Positions 56,141 through 64,000 of a stretch of 64,000 nucleotides of DNA are shown here, one piece after another. Position 1 is the first letter of the stretch. Each line of letters starts with the position of its first letter. The position numbers and the translations under genes are program-made. The notes beneath the pieces are model-generated. The model searched no databases. It saw only the letters and a list, made by a program, of their open reading frames with translations, and had not been told where the DNA came from. The stretch comes from Rhodosorus marinus CCMP1338 (lineage: Eukaryota; Plantae; Rhodophyta), in NCBI GenBank assembly GCA_029953675.1, contig JAMWBK010000001.1, positions 2,542,001 through 2,606,000 on the forward strand. Reading direction: 5' to 3'.

Positions 56141-59100
56141 CCCTTGCGGAAACCCTCCTTCTACACCCCAAACAAACCTTTCCCAGCTGCTTCTTAAAAA
56201 AGCTCAACCTCGATCAAGCTGTCCTCCTCCTCCTCCGTCTCCAAACCTCCTCTTTCAACAAAAGACGACGGCCTTTCAAGCCAAAACCTTCTCTTCGTTT
56301 CTCCGAAAAGTATCTACTTCAGATACAATACGTCACCCTACTTCGATACAAACTAAACTCCCCTCCCCTCACAACACCTCCCCCCCCACCCTTTCCACGC
56401 TCCCCCTCACACCACTACCACCATACCCTCCCTCCTTCCCTCTCTCCACAATCCAACCTTCCAAACCTATCATCACAACACTCCCAAAACCTCATCTGTC
56501 CCCTTCCTCCCACTCACAAATATCATCAGCATATCTCAACTTACCTTCTCCTTATGAGCTCCTCCTCAACAAATACATAAGAAGAAATGACTCTCAATCT
56601 CCAAACCACTAAACAGAGACAAAGAGAGGGAGAGAGAGAGTTTTTCAAGCGGTTTTCAGTTAGGGGTTGTGGGTTGGGTTCCAAAGTGACGGGGAGGGGG
56701 AGAGGGACGATAGTAGAACACCCAAAAACACCTCCCCGATGTAATCTAAACGTCTTCATGATGGTTTAGAATTCCTTAAAATGTCCAGATGATTCTCCCT
56801 TCTCAGTCAGATGATTTCTTCTCTTCCTCTAGCGACTCGGTCACCTCCCAACTCAATACGGTCTGTACTAACCTTCTCCCCCTCCCCTTCTCCTGCTGCA
56901 TTCTCTAAATTGAAGTGAATAAACCTACCCCTAGAATAAATTGTGTATTTGAGAAAAATGATAATTTTGAGGATGAATTAAATGATATGAGAACTTGGCT
57001 CAACCCGTTGTGGAAATGCTTCTAAAATGGTGTGGCAGTTTGGCTTTCGATATGTAGGGGGTGTAATTAGATCTGGCATTGGATGGTGGGCGTTGAGTGG
57101 GTGCAGGTCGGAATGGTGTGGCTTGTGAGCAAGAGTGATAGCTCTCAAGTACGCTGAAGGAACTGTTCAGGAGAGTTGGTTATATGAACGGTTTAGAGCA
57201 AGCTGTCTGTGGTTTTCAATTATGAGAAGGTTTCATTTGATCGAGTAGCCTCCTATGAAGTTTACTGATTGCAGAACACTCGATACTCACAAGAGGGGAT
57301 TCCAAAAGGTTTGGTGTGTGTAGATATGACTGCCCTTCAGAATATGAGGGATCAGCACAGGGATCGAAGGTTTATATAGAAATCTCTCGTGATCTAATCC
57401 AGGATTCACGTTCGGCGGCCCGGGCTTTGTCGTTTGACTCGAGTCCTGCAGCCCGGGCTGCGGACTGCGGCCAAATGCTCAGCTCTTCAAAGCCCTCAGA
57501 AGTAACGTGAACACTTTTACGGAGCCGTGTGATGGTTGTTTAGAGATGGTCACCGTTTTTAACACAAAGGTAGGTTTCGGAGGAGATCTCCGGTTTTGGC
57601 TATTGTTCAGATCCGTTTAGTTCGCTTAGCAATCCGATCTTTTGCTTTGCTCCTCTTTACCGTAGGGATGGACGATGATGGATAGGAGCATTCCCATGGA
57701 TGGTAGATTCGCCCTTGAATTGTAATAGTCTGAACATTTGCCGAGTTGCTGTGGTTCCCGCTGTTGACTTGGGCGTTGGTGATTAGACTTGTGCAATGGC
57801 GTGGGCAAATGCACGTTCTGTTTTGAAATATGTAGGACGACAGCTTTGCCTATATGCACTTTGCCATTGCATTGAACAGCTTTCCCGTTCTATGCGGAAA
57901 AACTCCGCTCTTTTCTGACGCTGACTTGAAGATCTGGCTACGATTACTTCGGCAGAAGAAAATTTTGAAACTGCCGAAAAATTCTGAAAAATGAGGGAGC
58001 ATCGAAAACTGATCCGCACACACTCATGTGGACGAAAGGAGATTTGGATCTTGGCCTTTGCGCGTGACAGCCGTAGATCAAACACTATGGACGTTTCAAT
58101 CCACTCGCTGATGGTTGCCGGTGGGAACTCCACCCACTCAACGCATGCAAGATTACACATGTATCTCGGGAAATGCCGTGCATACGTCCTCTCATAACAG
58201 AGTAACTCACTAGTTTCAGATGAGCGATTTGGTTCTAGCCGGCCTTTCAAGCTCAAAAAAACTAACCCACCTCCCCGCAGGCTCAGGGAGTCCTCACTTT
58301 GCTCGGCCGTAGGCCAGCTGTATTGAGGCGAAAACATCCTCACAGAACAAGTTACCTAAAAAAAAAATTTTCTTTTTTCGTCCGTATGGACTCACAGCTG
58401 TCCGGTAAGGTCAGAACACTTCCGTACAACCCTCACCACGCTGCCCAGATTCAGTTTCCATGAGCGACGCACAGAGCTTCTTGCATGATCCCGACGTTGG
58501 AAAAATCCGCGCCAGTCCAAAAAAGAAATGGACGCTTCTCCTTTTCATACACCACTATCGTCGCCTTCCTCAACACGGCTTACTGGCTACCAGTTCCAAT
58601 TGCGCGCCGCCTCAACTTGACTCCAACATGCCTTACCAAAAAAACCAAAAAAAAACAAATCCAAGTAATCATTGGATGCGAAAACCCTCCCCTTCCACAC
58701 CACTCGTCTGACAGAATTATGTCTTTTTAAATACACTTCAATAGAAGAAAAGAGTTTTCGCAGTTTTCCACGCGATTCCACTCGCCTCTAATCGACCTCG
58801 GAAGAATCTATCCACATTCCAAAATGACTTTCCATGGAAATACTTCATCCCACTTCCCTGCTCCCTCCAAATGTTCTCCATATGACCTATTGAGCATAGT
58901 CAATGTAATGTGAGTGGTAGGGATGCCGTTCATAAGCAACTGGCCGGCCGGCCTAATGCGTCATCTGCGGGGAGTGAGTTCTCTCAAGACACTCTTCAAC
59001 CAACCCTGTGGACTTTTCACCAAACCCGAACTGGTTTCTCCACCATAACCCTTGGGAAGGAGAAGAGGGCGAGGACGTCAATTAAGTTAAACAAGCCCTA

Positions 59101-61188
59101 TTACCTCTCTGCCTCGAACTGCCCGTGCGCCAGCTGGCTAAGGTGGCGTTTGAATCGGAGAGGCACTTCCTCGCCCTCTGCTGCCTCTCCCCTTCCTCCC
59201 CCCCCCTCTATCCTCTTACTCGGACCAAAAACAAAACATTACTGAATACTTTGAAAAAAACAATATTGTCTGCAAACACAAATGGACTTTTGAATATGTC
59301 GAGAACTGGATGTCAAAGTTTTGCCCGATACTGGACTACGGAAATTTTTAGTATTTTCTATTGGTTTAAGTCTCGCTGAAAATACTTCACAACACCAATT
59401 AAATCCGTATAAAAGTCAAACTACAACCCCATTGGTGACCTTGAGAGTTTCTATTAAGGAGGCCCAGCACCGTCAGTTATAACTTAATCTGTATCGTACT
59501 TTCGGTAAATATATGCGTACATATTATTTATTTATGAAATGTTGGCCGTCCGCAATAGATTGAATTTACGATGAAGTGAGTGCACTGGAATGCAAATGCT
59601 GAGCAACGCTTGGACCATTGAACGTACCGCATACACATCTGATCAGATACCTTATTTTCCAAATTGCATTTCCGCCCCTCTCGCACCTAAGCCGAAAACC
59701 ACTGAATAGCCATCTACAATCTTCACATAATTATTACCAAAATGAATTGAATTGGATATGCAAACTAATTTCAAGGGGTTGAAATAATCATTATTGAAAT
59801 TCGCTACACAAACGAAAAAAAAGGATTCTAACCGATAAACAGGGTTCCCAAGGGGCAAGTTTCTTTCTGGTCAGCAGCCCTCGATCAAGTGAAATAATTA
59901 CATGAAATAAGAACTTGAAAGATGATTAGGACAGGGGGGAGGGGGGGGAAGGGCCTTGGCTTCGAAAGTAGATGAAAATAGAACGAAAGGTGCTATGGAG
60001 ATTAGATGCAGACAGTGCATATCAATGTTTGTGCATCATTTTCGATGGGTTTTTTCTAATTGCTAAGTTCCAAAAAGAGGGGTTGTACAAACAAGCTTTC
60101 GTGCCACTTCTCCGCAAGTCCATGTCGTCAAGGGGGTGGGTCTTGTCTTCAAACACTTTAAACTGAGTGTACGAGCAGTCTGTCTGTCTGGCCCAAAACG
60201 AAAAAAAAAGGGGCAAAAGAAAAACAAAACCGCGTTTTGTTTCACATTCAAATGTGTTTCGAGGGTGAACAAAAAAATTCCAAAATACATCCTCAATAAC
60301 AAGTTGCGAACATTGGACAATCAACCTCCCCCCTTGTTCCTCTCGCAATATCTTCTTATCGATCCTTTTTTTAATTAACAATAAAAATCCACCGCGCCCC
60401 CGGCCTGAGTGACTACCCCTCGAATCACATTCGTCTCACCTCGTACTATACATTTTAGTACACAAAATTATCATCGTTTCTTCCAAGAACCTCAACTACG
60501 AGCCCGACCAATTCTCAACGATGGTTTTTTCCACCCCTAACTGAACACACAATCACAAACAGATTGAGGTAGATTACAGGAGATTTATTTTTCTTTTCTT
60601 TTTTTGGAGGTTGTGGATTTTTTTTAATGTTGGTACACTTACCTCAAACCAAACCCATGGACATGGACCACGGGGAGGCAGAGGCCGGGGGGAGGGGGGG
60701 AGGAGTTGGAAAAATAGAGAGGGAGGGGCAAATGGTAATGGGAGGCTTTCCATTGAGTCGCGCCCATTTGGACTGGGTAATGCGGGATGTACTGTGCGTC
60801 CAAATAAATAAGGAAGGGGAGGGGGAGGGCATTTTTTTTCTCACCGTGTCTAATATTCCAAAACTTGTTAAATGCTTTCCAGGAGCTGTTTAGATTTTTT
60901 TTTAGGGGGGGTTTGGGATTTTTTAATGTGGAGGTAGGGATTTGGAGGGGGGGGAAGGGGTTGAATTTTGGGGCTTATTTTGTGGAGCGATGGCTTGGAA
61001 TTTTGTGTGCTTTGATGTTGAGCTACGTTGGAGGGGGGATTTAGGGGGTAGAGCTGGGGGGAGGGGGAAAGGATGGATTTGGAGGCTGAGTGGTTGGATT
61101 GGTTAGGAATTGGTGGTATGAAGGGGTGGGGGAGGGCTGGTGAATTAGGTTGATGCCAGCTGCGAGGTTCATCTGGTTGAGTCGTACA

Positions 61189-61227
61189 GAGTGGGGTGAG
61201 TGGGGTGAGTGGGGTGAGTGGGGTGAG
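61189..61227 (+). repeat. (GAGTGGGGT)4 minisatellite, canonical G-quadruplex motif
   Basis: Four GGGG tracts with 5-nt loops, about 50 bp upstream of the homeobox ATG. Confidence 0.88.
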
Positions 61228-61277
61228 AGCGGTTTTGGCTTTTGTGGTTTGGCGTGTTTTCTAATGATACAGGATCG

Positions 61278-63218
61278 ATGATGAACAAAGGCTCGGAAAC
61301 ACCGTTGTCAGAGTCAGGGAACCCGAACAAGGGCCATATGACGAGATGGAAGCCCTCAGAGGAACAGAAGAGATGGCTTATGCGTGAGTTTCAGGAGAAT
61401 GCATATCCGGATACAGTTACCAAAGCCAGACTGGCCGCACAGTTGAGGGTCAAACGAGCTCAGGTTTCAAAGTGGTTTCAACATAAACGCGAAAGTCTCT
61501 CGAAACTCGGGCACTTCAATCCACAGAAACAGAGAGAAAGGAGAACAAAGGAGGAACTGGCGGTGCTTCAACGTACGCCAGACTGTTATTTTCACGAGAG
61601 CACAAATACGAAACAGACCCAATTCTAACACTTTTCGTCTTTCGCTCGAAACCCCATGTTGTCGCGGACTCAGAGGCTCTTGACCGTCACCCCTATCCAA
61701 CTGCTGAACAGATTGAGGACATCCAGAGGCGGACAGGAGGCTCCATGACTGCCGCACAGGTGAAATTGTGGTTCAAGCACAAGCGAAATCTGCTTGCGAA
61801 GCGCGGAGAACTCGAGCTCAAGTCCCAGAAACGAGCGTCCAGGCCTTTCAACTCGGAAGAGATTGCCGTCATTAGGGGCGCATTGGTGGTCATGCCCAGC
61901 CTGGATACGGCATCAATGGACAAGCTCGCCAAGCATCTCAGTGTACACAGAACGGCAATTAAGCATTGGATTCAGCAGCAGAAAGTGGAAATGGACGACA
62001 GCACCACGGTGGATGGGTTGGGTTCTTCCAGTGTGGGGAAATCGAGCCCTGAGTCACGGACGGGGAGGACAGACACCGTCGATGGTTCGGACCCGCCTGC
62101 ATCTCTTTCTGAAAGACTTGGAGCTCGACAGCCGCACCTATCAATACCAGAAATATCCTCAAGGAAGTTGGCGGATGACCGAAATGGAGAAGACTCTCTG
62201 TACTTCTCTACCCTGACTCCGGAGCACCCGCAGGACCAGCTAAGCTTGCAAGTGGGCGGAGACCACACCAAGAGCCAGGAAGAAGTTGCGATGTTAAACG
62301 GTAGGAGAGGTAGGAAACGATCGGCGGAGGAGGTTAGTAGGGAGCAGTCGAACATCCTCGGGGTGGATAAGGACAAGCAAGATCAGAGGAAACACCTTGA
62401 GTGGGGCCCGTCCGGAAGCATAAAGCCACTGAGTTCGGGACCGACGGTGGATACATTTCAGTCGGCATTTCGACGACAGGGGCTGTCAGGGCTAGGCAGG
62501 CTTCCCCAGCCACAGCTAGAAGAGCAGGCCACTGAGGACAAGGATGGGAAGGGTGGTCGCCTCCCGCTTTCTCAAATTTTCCACACGCAGAGCCTAGCAG
62601 ATGAGTCCAAGGTGAGGCATTCAGACCAGAGCTTCGTTTACTGGTCACCTCTCCTTTCCACACCCAATTGGTTCTAAATCTTTCAGTTCGAAATTGGCTT
62701 GTTTTGCTCAGGGCAAAGGCAGGCCTGTGGAAGCAACACCGGAATCAGACCTGTCACGGCGCTCAGTGAACGGCATCCATGGAAAGTACGCTCTACCCGC
62801 GGGTCGTGCGGAGCCGGTGCTGAGAGGGAATATTCTGTCGTCGGCCAGACTCCACTCTGGAGGCGGCGGTGGTTTCGGATCGTATGGATCATCCATGTCC
62901 GCTCAGTATTCGCTGAAACTCGCACAAGTCATGAACAGTCTTGGGCCGGGATCTGGTCAGTCGCAGCCTCCGATTCTAGGCGGGATCCATGCGTCATCAG
63001 GAGCGGAGATTGCGTCCAACCCTCTTGGAGCAGAAGCTCCCCCGATTATGGATGTAGGGGCAGGAATTGCTCCGGAGGCGATTCATAATGATATCGCGGC
63101 ACAGCCAATGTCGGATCTCACCCAGGTTCCTCCCGACCAGAAGTGGCTTCACCTCTTGGATGGAACGAGTGATGCGGGTACAGGCCCAGCTTATTCTAGT
63201 GTAGGTTGGCTCCTATGA
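61278..63218 (+). CDS. Homeobox transcription factor with two clear and one degenerate homeodomain, 3 exons (an upstream exon is possible)
   Basis: Exons 61278-61572, 61674-62611 and 62712-63218. HD1 EEQKRWLMREFQENAYP..QVSKWFQHKR. HD2 KEELAVLQQALDRHPYP..QVKLWFKHKR (spans intron 1). HD3 SEEIAVIRGAL..AIKHWIQQQK. Confidence 0.88.
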
Positions 63219-64000
63219 AGAGAGGGGAGGGAGATCCTTGCCGCCCCCTCCCCAGGGTGGAGAAACAACCGCTAAAGGTATCTGCACGTGCTGCAGAGTT
63301 GTGTATTTTTTTTAATATTGGTAGTTCCGTTTGGAGCCTTTGACCGATTGCCGTGCCAGGAGCGCTGTGCTTTGGGCAGCTCCTTCATTTGGTCTTGCAT
63401 CGCAGATGTATAGAAGTGTTTCCCTGAAACCTTGCTGCAAATAAATTGGAAAGGAAGCTTGATCAATCTTCACAATAGTGTTCACAACGGCGTACTAACC
63501 AGTCGAGAGCGGTGCCACTAGCTACAAAACTGTGACTACAGCTGCGAAAATAACAAAAACTTTTCATCTCTTTACATTATTTACAGAAAGTTCGCCTGAT
63601 GATGAAACACAAATGTAGCCAATCTGTTAATGTTATATATATAATCAGTCGCACACTAGTTGGTGTCTCACGAGTCAACGCCTGTGATCAGATTCATGCA
63701 GCTGGTACTGCCACTTGCGAGCGGTTTGGTATGGTGTAGCACATCCGTTGGCCGTGCATTCCCGAGTCTTAATCCGCTGTCAAGCGCAAGAGTGCCCAGC
63801 TCAGGACGTCGCTCCTACAACGCAAATGGTCCTCAATCAGAAAGCTGTCCGCTTCACGCAAGTAGTACCGCTCGACTGTTCCCCTAGCTGTCCAGTATGC
63901 CAGTGCGAGCTATTGCCGCGACCTCTTACTCCGTTTTAGCTTCCAGCAATTTCCTCTGTCGCTTTCTCGTTCGGAGCTCCTCGTCCTGCACCACGTGACT

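Noticed and set aside
57113-58343. Possible small multi-exon plus-strand gene, or the 186-aa minus ORF 57783-58343
   Set aside because: Splice-like signals exist, but the best frame-consistent model needs a 32-nt intron, far below the ~80-280 nt seen elsewhere. Alternatives give short unrecognisable peptides.
59400-60400. Short ORFs upstream of the homeobox gene
   Set aside because: Low-complexity AT-rich sequence with no recognisable product.

Overview
Eukaryotic nuclear DNA, shown by GT-AG introns of about 80-280 nt with CTAAC/CTAAT-type branch sites. A PPR gene and a plant-type fused PabA-PabB gene suggest a photosynthetic protist, possibly a red alga (inference). The window has two domains. 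Bases 1-36,350 are gene-poor and dominated by CRE-clade non-LTR retrotransposons (RT plus restriction-like endonuclease, RLE) of at least four families. These comprise one full-length two-ORF element (family A, 7547-12285), spacer-less head-to-tail concatemers and a 1.8-kb-arm palindrome of a second family (B), decayed family C copies, and short nested 3' ends. Embedded among them are a 1274-aa secreted pore-forming-toxin-like ORF, a 608-aa two-TM orphan ORF and tRNA-Ser(GCT). Bases 37,000-64,000 are gene-dense: PPR protein, 8-exon aminodeoxychorismate synthase, calmodulin-like protein, conserved ARM-like protein, pyroglutamyl peptidase I and a triple-homeodomain protein, plus one young 5'-truncated CRE insertion. 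The strongest signals are in the retroelement domain. A ~460-bp tandem unit was hit twice, each time with a target-site duplication (TSD) and an empty-site control. A family-B/poly(A)/family-A chimera sits inside one TSD, which points to reverse-transcriptase template jumping. Family B also has a covarying 3' stem-loop followed by variable repeat tails. All homology calls come from motif recognition, not database searches.
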